From the IMG/VR virus record IMGVR_UViG_3300045988_128092: a stretch of 45,911 nucleotides of DNA, one strand, 5' to 3'. The position numbers were made by a program, and so were the translations under genes. This document shows, piece after piece, positions 33,079 through 41,499 of this stretch. The first letter of the stretch is position 1, and each line of letters starts with the position of its first letter. The DNA comes from a virus. The notes under the pieces are model-generated. The model was not told the DNA's origin, did no database searches, and was given only the letters and a program-made list of their open reading frames with translations.

Positions 33079-33216
33079 GCCAAACCGTGCGAGTTCTACC
33101 GACAAGCACAAAAACACATCAGAACCGCTTAAAATAAAGCGGGCTCCTTGAGACAATCGTATCTCGGTATGATTGCACGGTTTGGCGACTTTCGAAAGGG
33201 GCTCGCCTCTTTTGTT
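33079..33216 (+). ncRNA. Structured leader / small RNA closed by a 12-bp long-range stem and ending in a terminator-like hairpin
   Basis: GCCAAACCGTGC (33079-33090) pairs with GCACGGTTTGGC (33175-33186). Internal hairpin CCGCTT/AAGCGG. Hairpin 33095-33112 plus U-run. Confidence 0.45.
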
Positions 33217-33246
33217 ATATATTATTAACTAACTTTTTATCTCACA

Positions 33247-33528
33247 ATGCCAAACCGTGATAAAGTTAGTGGTATCCGGGTAAATAACACCCAGACCACA
33301 CCGCGCGCGAAGAAAAGCCGCACCGCATTCTACCGTTGCCATCTGAAGGCCAACAAACCCCTATTTTCATCTGATAGGGTCGATTACACCAACGTTATCC
33401 GCGCCACGTGCGAGGAGCATGCTTTAGGCTGTTTCCTTGCTCAGTTCCGCGTGCTCTATCCCGCGTATGCTGTCGTTGTCGGCACCATACTCGTAAGCCG
33501 GGTGTTCCCCTCCAAGTCCAACCGTTAA
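33247..33528 (+). CDS. Hypothetical protein (93 aa)
   Basis: ATG ORF. The start codon is embedded in the third GCCAAACCGTG copy. Confidence 0.45.
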   Translation: MPNRDKVSGIRVNNTQTTPRAKKSRTAFYRCHLKANKPLFSSDRVDYTNVIRATCEEHALGCFLAQFRVLYPAYAVVVGTILVSRVFPSKSNR

Positions 33529-33539
33529 AACAGGCCGCT

Positions 33540-33671
33540 ATGGCACATCTTATCACCTTGTTGGCGTTCATCGCGCCGATTGCCGTGGTATTCGGCTGGG
33601 TGCTATCCAATCAGCACCGCGCAAAGGAGATTGGAAAATTGCTAACCTCAATATTCGAAAGCCATGAATGA
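33540..33671 (+). CDS. Small single-TM protein (43 aa)
   Basis: MAHLITLLAFIAPIAVVFGWVL... Confidence 0.4.
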   Translation: MAHLITLLAFIAPIAVVFGWVLSNQHRAKEIGKLLTSIFESHE

Positions 33672-33837
33672 GTTTACGGAAATCACGGTTAAATGCGTGT
33701 GGACGACGATAAAGGGGCGCATTTGGCGAGCCCAATACCGCCTGCGGTCAAAGGCTGTCCGGATACAATCCAAGGCCATCTACCGAGCATTGAAGAACGA
33801 GAACAAGCCCCGTATTTACCGGGTTGAAATACGATAG
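33664..33837 (+). CDS. Small basic protein (57 aa)
   Basis: Hand-translated MNEFTEITVKCVWTTIKGRIWRAQYRLRSKAVRIQSKAIYRALKNENKPRIYRVEIR. Confidence 0.4.
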   Translation: MNEFTEITVKCVWTTIKGRIWRAQYRLRSKAVRIQSKAIYRALKNENKPRIYRVEIR

Positions 33838-33840
33838 CTC

Positions 33841-34263
33841 ATGGACACGCAATATTACACGACTACCACGTCCCCGGTGCTGACGTTCGAAGAGTATTAT
33901 GATATTCCGAGCGAACATATAACGGGTCAGCGGTCGCCATTCTCCCAGAGGGCCAGAACACTGATGGAGGTAGACCTAAAGTTGATTTATCGGGCTATCC
34001 GCGAAGCCATTCAGAAGGATATGCGCGGTGATGAAGACAAGCGGGTCTATACGGTGGCCTACAAAATATACGACATCAAAGCGATCCATCACTACGAAGT
34101 CCACGAAGAACAAGGTGGTGACAGCTATATGGATATTTGCGAGACCTATTTCAAAGTAGACCGCGATACCATCGAAATCATCGAGGTCAAGGATATCGAC
34201 GGTGGCATGCACGCCGGGCAATTGCACCGGCTAAAAGAATACGGAGAACAAAACAACTTATAA
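33841..34263 (+). CDS. Hypothetical protein (140 aa)
   Basis: ORF track. Confidence 0.6.
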   Translation: MDTQYYTTTTSPVLTFEEYYDIPSEHITGQRSPFSQRARTLMEVDLKLIYRAIREAIQKDMRGDEDKRVYTVAYKIYDIKAIHHYEVHEEQGGDSYMDICETYFKVDRDTIEIIEVKDIDGGMHAGQLHRLKEYGEQNNL

Positions 34264-34265
34264 CC

Positions 34266-34913
34266 ATGGGAATCTATAGCAAGCTGCTGGAAATCCAGAG
34301 GAGCGTCAGGGCGTTGCTTCCGAATGCTGATGGAAATAATTACAAGTACATCAGCGGTTCGAAAGTACTTGGCATCGTCCGACCCAAGATGGACGAACTC
34401 GGTGTGATCCTCAAAACGGAGGTTCTCGACATCACAAATATCCGTCAGGATTATACCGTAGGCCGGGATCAGCGACCTAAATCCGAAATCCTATCGAGTG
34501 TAAAGATGCGTTTCACTTGGATTGACGTGGAATCCGGAGAGAAGGATGTATGCGAATGGAGCGCCAACGGTCAGAATGATTGGGACAAAGGTGTAGGCTC
34601 GGCAATGACCTACGGGGAGCGTTATTTCATTCTCAAATACTTTCATATAGCCACTGATGAAGATGACGTAGACCGGCTGCCTCGGCATGAGGATGTCGGC
34701 CCGGCTTCCAAGCCTACGCTTACTGACGAATTGCTGACTTTGGACTTGTTCGAAGAGATAATCAAGGCTAAGGAAAACGCCAAAGGAGCCAATAAGCGAT
34801 TCTCATTAGCCGGGTTCTTGGAGTCCAAGTATATCGTCGATCAAGAAATGCTTCCGAAAGTCAATGTCAAAGTTACCGAATATTACAATTTAACGAGGGA
34901 AAATAAAGCATGA
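34266..34913 (+). CDS. erf: ERF-family single-strand annealing recombinase
   Basis: Start MGIYSKLLEIQ. GSAMTYGERYFILKYFHIATDEDDVD signature. Confidence 0.75.
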   Translation: MGIYSKLLEIQRSVRALLPNADGNNYKYISGSKVLGIVRPKMDELGVILKTEVLDITNIRQDYTVGRDQRPKSEILSSVKMRFTWIDVESGEKDVCEWSANGQNDWDKGVGSAMTYGERYFILKYFHIATDEDDVDRLPRHEDVGPASKPTLTDELLTLDLFEEIIKAKENAKGANKRFSLAGFLESKYIVDQEMLPKVNVKVTEYYNLTRENKA

Positions 34914-35374
34914 ATCAGCAGATAACACTATTCGGAGATACGGCATCCATTGCCGATCTCGCGGGCAGGGCCATCAGCGCCGTCGTAAATGGCGACATCA
35001 GCCCTATCGAGGCGCATATCCAGATCAGCCGCATGGAGAATGCGATCAAGCAATTCAAGGACGATACGCAGGTGCGTGATATCACACTCCGCGAACTGTC
35101 TAAATATGGCAAATCGCACCAGTTCGGGGACTGCCGGCTGGAGGAGGCCGAATCGGGCGTAAAATACGACTATTCTATGTGCGGCGACAGCAAACTGCGA
35201 GATATGTATGAAACGCTTGAAGCTTTAAAAGTGGACATCAAAGAGCGGGAGATGATGCTGCGCAGTATGCCTGCATCGGGCTTGGCGGATCCGGAGACGG
35301 GGGAAGTGTTGTTCCCGCCCGCCAGGTCGAGCAAGACTATTATCAAGACTACTTTTAAAAAACCACTGCAATGA
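34910..35374 (+). CDS. Hypothetical protein (154 aa)
   Basis: ATGA-coupled to erf. Confidence 0.6.
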   Translation: MNQQITLFGDTASIADLAGRAISAVVNGDISPIEAHIQISRMENAIKQFKDDTQVRDITLRELSKYGKSHQFGDCRLEEAESGVKYDYSMCGDSKLRDMYETLEALKVDIKEREMMLRSMPASGLADPETGEVLFPPARSSKTIIKTTFKKPLQ

Positions 35375-35506
35375 ATGTATCCAATTCCGATATGCGCAGG
35401 GTGATTCGGGCGATTGATATGCTTCGTCCGCTCCCTGAACAATCCACGCGCGAGTGGGATGCCATCCGCAGGTTAAAAATATTCGCCAAAAAACAACAAC
35501 GAAAAT

Positions 35507-35902
35507 ATGGTAAACAAGGTCATCATCATCGGGAATGTAGGTTCTGATCCCGAAGTTCGTGTATTGGACGGGGGCGCCAAGGTTGCCAGCCTGAGTGTGG
35601 CGACGACCGACCGTTACACCGACAGGCAAACAAAAACCGTAAAGGAGATAACGGAGTGGCATCATGTGGTGGCGTGGCGCAATACCGCGGATATCGTGGA
35701 TAAATACGTGAAGAAGGGGGCGCAGATTTACGTCGAAGGTCGGTTGCGAACCCGCGACTATACCGACCGAGATAGCATCAAACGATACATCACGGAGATC
35801 ATGGCCGATACGGTCAGGATTTTGGGGCGCAGGGAATCCCAGGCTTCATGCACCTCTACTACCTCCCAAATGCAATCTGACCCCGACGATCTTCCCTTCT
35901 AA
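35507..35902 (+). CDS. ssb: Single-stranded DNA-binding protein
   Basis: OB-fold N-terminus VIIIGNVGSDPEVR...TEWHHVVAW and acidic tail DDLPF. Confidence 0.9.
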   Translation: MVNKVIIIGNVGSDPEVRVLDGGAKVASLSVATTDRYTDRQTKTVKEITEWHHVVAWRNTADIVDKYVKKGAQIYVEGRLRTRDYTDRDSIKRYITEIMADTVRILGRRESQASCTSTTSQMQSDPDDLPF

Positions 35903-35905
35903 GCC

Positions 35906-36277
35906 ATGGATACATCTGAACTTAAAGAGATCGAGGAAATGCAGCTCTTCATTGAAGCAGAACCGCCTACTGAGCCGCAGGCAATTTCACAGCGCATGTC
36001 AGAACTGAGTGTGCGTATGGCGCGTAGCGGCTATCTCCTGTCGAAGGCGAAATACGAACAGGAGTTGGCGATGCTGAAAGCCTCCCGGCTGAAAGACCTG
36101 ATACCTCTGGCGCCGAGTATCCAAAAAGAAATACTTCGGGCGTCCTGTGCCGAGGAGAACAAGGTCGTTAACATGCTCGACAGGATCAACCGCACGTGTG
36201 TCCATCAAGTAGACATACTACGTACGCAACTGAGTTTCGAGAAGGAGCAGATGCGCCAAATAGGCTATAACGCATGA
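35906..36277 (+). CDS. Hypothetical coiled-coil protein (123 aa)
   Basis: ORF track. Confidence 0.55.
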   Translation: MDTSELKEIEEMQLFIEAEPPTEPQAISQRMSELSVRMARSGYLLSKAKYEQELAMLKASRLKDLIPLAPSIQKEILRASCAEENKVVNMLDRINRTCVHQVDILRTQLSFEKEQMRQIGYNA

Positions 36278-36645
36278 CAGATTTAGAACGGGAATACGAC
36301 CGTGTTTTCAGCCTTTTTATACGTCATCGAGACTGTCCGGGTGGGCGAGGTTTCTGCATCACCTGCGGGGCGCCCATAGCGCCTGAAACATGCGATTGCG
36401 GGCACTATATAGACCGAGCTCACAGGTCTACGAGATGGGACGAAAGGAATTGTCACGCCCAATGCAGGGTTTGCAACAGGCATTCTGCTGGTCGCATTGG
36501 AGTTTACCGCCAAGTACTGATCCGAAAATACGGACTTGCAGTCGTTGAAGAACTTGAACGCAGTAAGCACAGCGTATTCAAAATGTCGAGGTCGGAGATG
36601 TCCGATAAGATCAATTATTACAAACGATTAATTCGCAATGTGTAA
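36274..36645 (+). CDS. ninG: NinG/Rap-like recombination endonuclease
   Basis: CITCG...CGHY..R....RWDERNCHAQCRVCN pattern. Confidence 0.75.
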   Translation: MTDLEREYDRVFSLFIRHRDCPGGRGFCITCGAPIAPETCDCGHYIDRAHRSTRWDERNCHAQCRVCNRHSAGRIGVYRQVLIRKYGLAVVEELERSKHSVFKMSRSEMSDKINYYKRLIRNV

Positions 36646-37534
36646 CACTTCAAATAACAGTTGGATTAAGATGTACCGCAGCTTCCTCGATTGGGAGTGG
36701 TATCCGGATACGAACTGCGTACGGCTGGCATTGCATTTCATTTTGAAGGCAAATTACCGGGCCAAGAAGTGGAAGGGTTTAATCATTGACCGCGGACAAT
36801 TGGTAACCAGCAGAGGACAGCTGTCCGAAGAGACAGGACTTTCGGAGATGCAAATACGCACCGCAATAGACAAGCTGGATAATTGCGGGTTTATAACCAA
36901 GTCGGGAACACGCAAATATACTATCATAACTGTCTGTAATTATGACTTATACCAACAAGCACAGGATGGTTTTGATAATGGTTGTCAACCAACAGATAAC
37001 CAACAAACAACCAGCAAACAACCAACAGATAACCAACAAATAACCACAACTAAAGAATATAAGAAAGAAAGAATAGAAGAATATACACACACACTGGTAG
37101 ATACTAAAAAGGGGGTTGTAGGGGGAAAAGAGACGGAGGCCGTGGAACTCATAGAATGGATCGCCACGAACGCGCCATGTATTGCTTCGATGCCCGAGCC
37201 CATAACTGCAGCACAGGCCGTGTGGCTGTTGCAGGACTACAACGTGAAAGATATTCGCCGATTGATAGCTACCATGCAAAGCAAGCAGGCATACCTCAAA
37301 CACACGAATGCCTATACGGCTTTTGTCAGTTACGCAAAACTCGACAAGGCGCTTAAGGATGGCGGGCCGCCAAGTGTGCAATCCGGGGAAAAGTATTACA
37401 CACGGGATGAAGCAATGGCCTACATTCGATTCCGTCGTTTGGGCGGCTCTCTTAAAGATAATTTCACTCTTGAGCGTGTGAATGGGGTGTATTTGTGGCG
37501 CTTGAAAGCCTCAGTCCCCTCAGTTAACCTTTAA
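36638..37534 (+). CDS. Replication initiator / replisome-organiser-like protein
   Basis: N-terminal winged helix WIKMYRSFLDWEWY...GQLVTSRGQLSEETGLSEMQIRTAIDKL. Internal repeat linker. Confidence 0.65.
   Translation: MCNTSNNSWIKMYRSFLDWEWYPDTNCVRLALHFILKANYRAKKWKGLIIDRGQLVTSRGQLSEETGLSEMQIRTAIDKLDNCGFITKSGTRKYTIITVCNYDLYQQAQDGFDNGCQPTDNQQTTSKQPTDNQQITTTKEYKKERIEEYTHTLVDTKKGVVGGKETEAVELIEWIATNAPCIASMPEPITAAQAVWLLQDYNVKDIRRLIATMQSKQAYLKHTNAYTAFVSYAKLDKALKDGGPPSVQSGEKYYTRDEAMAYIRFRRLGGSLKDNFTLERVNGVYLWRLKASVPSVNL
36986..37040 (+). repeat. Two 22-bp direct repeats (putative ori iterons) followed by an A/T-rich tract
   Basis: CAACCAACAGATAACCAACAAA at 36986-37007 and 37019-37040. AT-rich tract at 37050-37085. 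Confidence 0.6.
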
Positions 37535-37544
37535 CGAATAAAAG

Positions 37545-38582
37545 ATGGATAACAATCAAATAATGAGTTGTCAAGAAGAGTATATTTCTCGGATAAAACA
37601 TGAGCTTTTGGGATTTTTTACCACGGATCAAGTATGCCGTATTGTTGAATCCCTCTTACTTGTTTGCTCAGATTATCGTATTGAAAAACATTCAACCTCT
37701 ATAGTTTCGTATCAACCGGAATGTATTTCCGAAGCACAATTTGTCGTTCAGAATTTTTTAGTTGCCAAGTCGGTCGAAGGATTCAGTCCTCGTTCAATAG
37801 CGTATTACCATCAAATTTTAAAGCAGTTTTTCGCCTCGACGACCACCCAGTTTCCGAATCAATCACTTAAATGCATCAGTTCGGATGTTGTGCGGTGGTA
37901 TTTGGCCATGCGTAGTGTTTTGGGCAAAGTCAGTAAAGTGACACTGAATAATGAACGACGTGTATTATCGTCTTTTTTTTCATGGGCATCATCAGAGGGA
38001 TATGTTCAGGTCAATCCGATGCTTAAAATAAAATCTATTCGAGTTGATAAACGAGTAAAGGAACCCTTTACGGATGACGATATGGAAGCTATCCGGGGCT
38101 CTGTCAGAAATAATTTTGAACATGCTCTGGTAGAACTTCTTTATTCAACAGGGATTCGCTGTTCGGAGTTGGTTCAAATACGCATTAGGGATATAGATTT
38201 TCAGAATATGCAAATGAAGGTTTTGGGGAAGGGCGGTAAAGAACGCTATGTGTATTTAAATGCCAAAGCGAAACGGGCCGTTCTGGCACATATGTCACAT
38301 GGTCACGTAGATTGTTACCTTTTTCCTGCATCTCGGTCATCGAATCATATATCCACATCTTATGTTCGGCAGGTTCTGCATGATATAGGGAAGCGGGCCG
38401 GTGTCTCAGACGTACATCCGCATCGTTTCAGGCGGACTACCGCATCCATGGCTTTGAGTCGCGGAATGCCGATAGATCAAGTACAAAAATTATTAGGTCA
38501 TTCGAACATTGAAACAACGACGTTGTATGCTATTACGGATGTTGAAAATGTGAAATCAAGCCATAAAAAGTATTTGAATTGA
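37545..38582 (+). CDS. Second tyrosine recombinase (XerC/D-like)
   Basis: 345 aa. HPHRFRRTTASMAL...LLGHSNIETTTLY. AT-rich relative to its flanks. Confidence 0.85.
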   Translation: MDNNQIMSCQEEYISRIKHELLGFFTTDQVCRIVESLLLVCSDYRIEKHSTSIVSYQPECISEAQFVVQNFLVAKSVEGFSPRSIAYYHQILKQFFASTTTQFPNQSLKCISSDVVRWYLAMRSVLGKVSKVTLNNERRVLSSFFSWASSEGYVQVNPMLKIKSIRVDKRVKEPFTDDDMEAIRGSVRNNFEHALVELLYSTGIRCSELVQIRIRDIDFQNMQMKVLGKGGKERYVYLNAKAKRAVLAHMSHGHVDCYLFPASRSSNHISTSYVRQVLHDIGKRAGVSDVHPHRFRRTTASMALSRGMPIDQVQKLLGHSNIETTTLYAITDVENVKSSHKKYLN

Positions 38583-39181
38583 TGAAACAGCTATGTGACA
38601 TATTGGGAGCCGAAACCGTAGATTCTATTCCATATCGCCTAAATGAAGTTCTTTTTTACGGCGATTCCGACCGGGATCCTATTTACCGGGCTATATGTGA
38701 TATGTATGCGAATGATTTAAGCTATGATTGGTTTTATGATTTTTATCAGAGCTTGTACGCACAACGCAAGGATTTGAAACAGGACTTTACGCCAAAATCT
38801 ATTTCGGATGTCCTGTTGCGTATATCTTCGTCAGATTCAGCCAAAATCACCTATGAGCCCTCTGCCGGCACCGGGTCTCTGTTGATACGTCATTGGTGGA
38901 GATCGCGTAACAATTATTCGCTATTTAATTACAGTCCTATTGATCACATTTACATTTGTTCTGAAAAATCAAGTCGCAGCATTCCTTTTTTATTATTCAA
39001 TCTCAGCGTTCGTGGTATTCAAGGTGTTGTATTTCATGAAGATACTTTAACAGAAGAGTGCTCGTCCATATACTTAGTAGCAAACATATTAAATAATCCC
39101 CTTTGTTTTTCACAAATAATTCGATTGAAAGATGAAAAAAACGAATATAAAATACTCTCCACAAGAGGAGGCGATGCTTAA
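38582..39181 (+). CDS. N6-adenine methyltransferase-like protein, truncated, with degenerate motif IV
   Basis: DFTP, YEPSAGTGSLLI (motif I) and FNLSVRGI are present, but VANILNNPLCF stands in place of NPPF/Y. Ends about 30 aa later. Confidence 0.55.
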   Translation: MKQLCDILGAETVDSIPYRLNEVLFYGDSDRDPIYRAICDMYANDLSYDWFYDFYQSLYAQRKDLKQDFTPKSISDVLLRISSSDSAKITYEPSAGTGSLLIRHWWRSRNNYSLFNYSPIDHIYICSEKSSRSIPFLLFNLSVRGIQGVVFHEDTLTEECSSIYLVANILNNPLCFSQIIRLKDEKNEYKILSTRGGDA

Positions 39182-39785
39182 GGAACTTTATTCTGACATG
39201 CAGAATTCCAATATATCTATTCTGCTCGGTCGTTCTGTGAATTCCATTGCTAACAAAGCATCTCGTTTGGGATTGAACAAGTCTAAATTGCATCTTCATA
39301 AAATAGCTGCTATGCCCAATAAAGGTAAATATAAATCAGGTCATGTGCCTCATAATAAAGGACGTCGCCAGCGGGACTGGATGAGCATGGCGGCTTTGTC
39401 TAAATGCACAGCAGCGCGTGTGCATCGACGTAAAAATACCCAAGGATATTTGGCTAAAGGTGTTCTGATTAAAAGAATAGACGGAAAGCTACGTAATGTG
39501 GCTCGCCATATCTGGGAGATTACTTTCGGGGCAATACCCGATGGTTATGTTGTGCATCATCTCGACGGCAATCTGCGAAATGTGAGCATAGAAAATTTAG
39601 AGTTACGTCGTAGGGGATGGAACTTAGGATACGACAGCGTAGCCGTAAAACAAAGTATTGCTTCTCGTCGTGCAAAGGCTCAACGCTGTAACTACCAAGG
39701 TAAATCAATAACAGAATGCCGATCTTATGATACAGATTGCATGCCTAATCCCATGGAGTTTATTATAAAACAGCAAAAATTATGA
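39132..39785 (+). CDS. HNH (HNH_3-type) endonuclease with N-terminal Myb/SANT-like motif
   Basis: YVVHHLDGNLRNVSIENLEL. Overlaps the 3' end of the methyltransferase-like ORF by 50 nt. Confidence 0.75.
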   Translation: MKKTNIKYSPQEEAMLKELYSDMQNSNISILLGRSVNSIANKASRLGLNKSKLHLHKIAAMPNKGKYKSGHVPHNKGRRQRDWMSMAALSKCTAARVHRRKNTQGYLAKGVLIKRIDGKLRNVARHIWEITFGAIPDGYVVHHLDGNLRNVSIENLELRRRGWNLGYDSVAVKQSIASRRAKAQRCNYQGKSITECRSYDTDCMPNPMEFIIKQQKL

Positions 39786-40207
39786 CAGACCAAGTAACGA
39801 GCATCGAGCAGTCGAAGCGGCTGATCGAGTTGGGAGTGCCCGCAGATAAGGCGAGCATGGTATGGGAATGGGGATGGGTTTGTGGTACAGTGGACGAAGA
39901 AAACTATGAGCTCAAAATTTGGCAGGAGTGTAAGCTGGATAAGATTCTGGCCTATCAAGAATTTCCCGAATCTTTTATCCCCGCCTTTACTGTCGCCGAC
40001 CTGCTGGCGGTGTTGCCGAAAGTCATGGAGGATGATGAGGGTGTTCCGTTCTACCTTAACATCCAATACAACCGCAAAGAATATTCAGAGATCAAATATA
40101 AGGGCGTATATGGCATCCTATGGAGTTGCTTCGGGGCGTCGCTCTTGAATAATCTTGTCGAAGCAGTTGATGGAGTGGTAACTAACGGATATGAATTAAC
40201 CCTATGA
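39782..40207 (+). CDS. Hypothetical protein (141 aa)
   Basis: ORF track. GC content returns to the backbone level here. Confidence 0.6.
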   Translation: MTDQVTSIEQSKRLIELGVPADKASMVWEWGWVCGTVDEENYELKIWQECKLDKILAYQEFPESFIPAFTVADLLAVLPKVMEDDEGVPFYLNIQYNRKEYSEIKYKGVYGILWSCFGASLLNNLVEAVDGVVTNGYELTL

Positions 40208-40656
40208 AACTGCCTATCGAGGTTCACAACAAATTGATCCCGTTCAAGGGATTCAGTTGGGTAACATGGCTTGCATTCGCATTCACCCGCAAGCCGAAAG
40301 ACCGACATTTGGACGAGACTACGCGCCGCCATGAAGGAATCCACTGCGCCCAGCAGATCGAACTGGCCGTGCTGTTCGCTGCAATCCTCCTGCCACTCGC
40401 CATAAGCTGCTCTTTCGCTTGGTGGGGCTGGGCGCTTACGGTGGTCGGCATTCTCTTCGCCGGATGGATTTGCTACGGCATTTCGTGGCTGATCGAAGTG
40501 ATTATCCCGCCTTATCCGGGCGCGTACTACTACACCTGCTTCGAGACAGAGGCATACAACCACGAGGATGATCCGAACTACTTGAAACGGCGCATACCGT
40601 TCTGGGGCTGGATCTCCTGTATACCTAATCGGAAAGTTAAACACAAAAAAAACTAA
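40204..40656 (+). CDS. HExxH membrane protein, paralogue of 5395-5715
   Basis: IPFKGF...FTRK...RHEGIHCAQ...(hydrophobic insert)...FETEAYNHEDDPNYL. Confidence 0.65.
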   Translation: MKLPIEVHNKLIPFKGFSWVTWLAFAFTRKPKDRHLDETTRRHEGIHCAQQIELAVLFAAILLPLAISCSFAWWGWALTVVGILFAGWICYGISWLIEVIIPPYPGAYYYTCFETEAYNHEDDPNYLKRRIPFWGWISCIPNRKVKHKKN

Positions 40657-40659
40657 TTT

Positions 40660-41082
40660 ATGAATACAGAAACGATGTTTTCATCTAAGACCGATTTATG
40701 GGCTACACCACAGGATTTCTATGATAAACTCAATAGTGAATTTAATTTTACACTTGATCCTTGCGCCACCCCGCATAATGCTAAGTGTGTTAAATTCTAC
40801 ACCAAAGAGCAGGACGGGCTCCGACAAGATTGGGGCGGGAATACTGTTTTTTGCAATCCGCCATACGGTCGGGATATATACGCATGGGTTCGTAAATGCT
40901 GCATGGAGGCACAAAAAATTAACACAATAGTTGTAATGTTGATTCCGGCGCGTACAGATACTCGATATTTTCACGAATTTATTTACCACAAAGCACGGGA
41001 AATTAGATTTATAAAGGGGAGGCTAAAATTCGGGGGCCAAAAAAATAGTGCTCCGTTCCCGTCAATGGTGGTTGTATTTTAA
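40660..41082 (+). CDS. Phage Dam-type N6-adenine DNA methyltransferase
   Basis: WATPQDFYD...LDPCATPHNAKC...FCNPPYG. Confidence 0.8.
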   Translation: MNTETMFSSKTDLWATPQDFYDKLNSEFNFTLDPCATPHNAKCVKFYTKEQDGLRQDWGGNTVFCNPPYGRDIYAWVRKCCMEAQKINTIVVMLIPARTDTRYFHEFIYHKAREIRFIKGRLKFGGQKNSAPFPSMVVVF

Positions 41083-41124
41083 TCCATAAACTGTTTTAAA
41101 ATTTAAGCACAAAGATAACCAACC

Positions 41125-41490
41125 ATGAAAACAATTGAGGAAAGAGCAAAAGAATTTTGCGAAAATAACATCTGCGTGGATTGCGAAGACCGAAAGAATT
41201 GTGACCGGGGGTGTGTGGGATGCTCTATTTCTACCTACTCCGCCCTTGAATGGCTTATCCAGTTCGGAAAATCCGAGCACGAGGAACTGATGCGCTGGCA
41301 CGACCCGAAAGAGGAGTTGCCGGAGTATTACAAGGTTGTGGAGGTAAAATGGTATGGTTCCGGGCTGATCCGCATATCGACAGCATGGCTTTCTGCCGGT
41401 GATGCCGGTGGCTATTTGTGGACTATTGAGGGTACGAGCCGCCTTATCAACGTTAAAAATATCCTCGGCTGGCGGGAGATTCACGAATAA
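41125..41490 (+). CDS. DUF551-like protein
   Basis: WHDPKEELPEYYKVVEV...GWREI pattern. Confidence 0.5.
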   Translation: MKTIEERAKEFCENNICVDCEDRKNCDRGCVGCSISTYSALEWLIQFGKSEHEELMRWHDPKEELPEYYKVVEVKWYGSGLIRISTAWLSAGDAGGYLWTIEGTSRLINVKNILGWREIHE

Positions 41491-41499
41491 GACAGAGTT

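Noticed and set aside
35371-35547. 58-aa ORF (MNVSNSDMRRVIRAIDML...) ATGA-coupled to the preceding gene and overlapping the ssb start by 41 nt
   Set aside because: It is plausible but unsupported. Its tail (KQGHHHRECRF) is read from the ssb 5' region in another frame. I did not list it as a feature.
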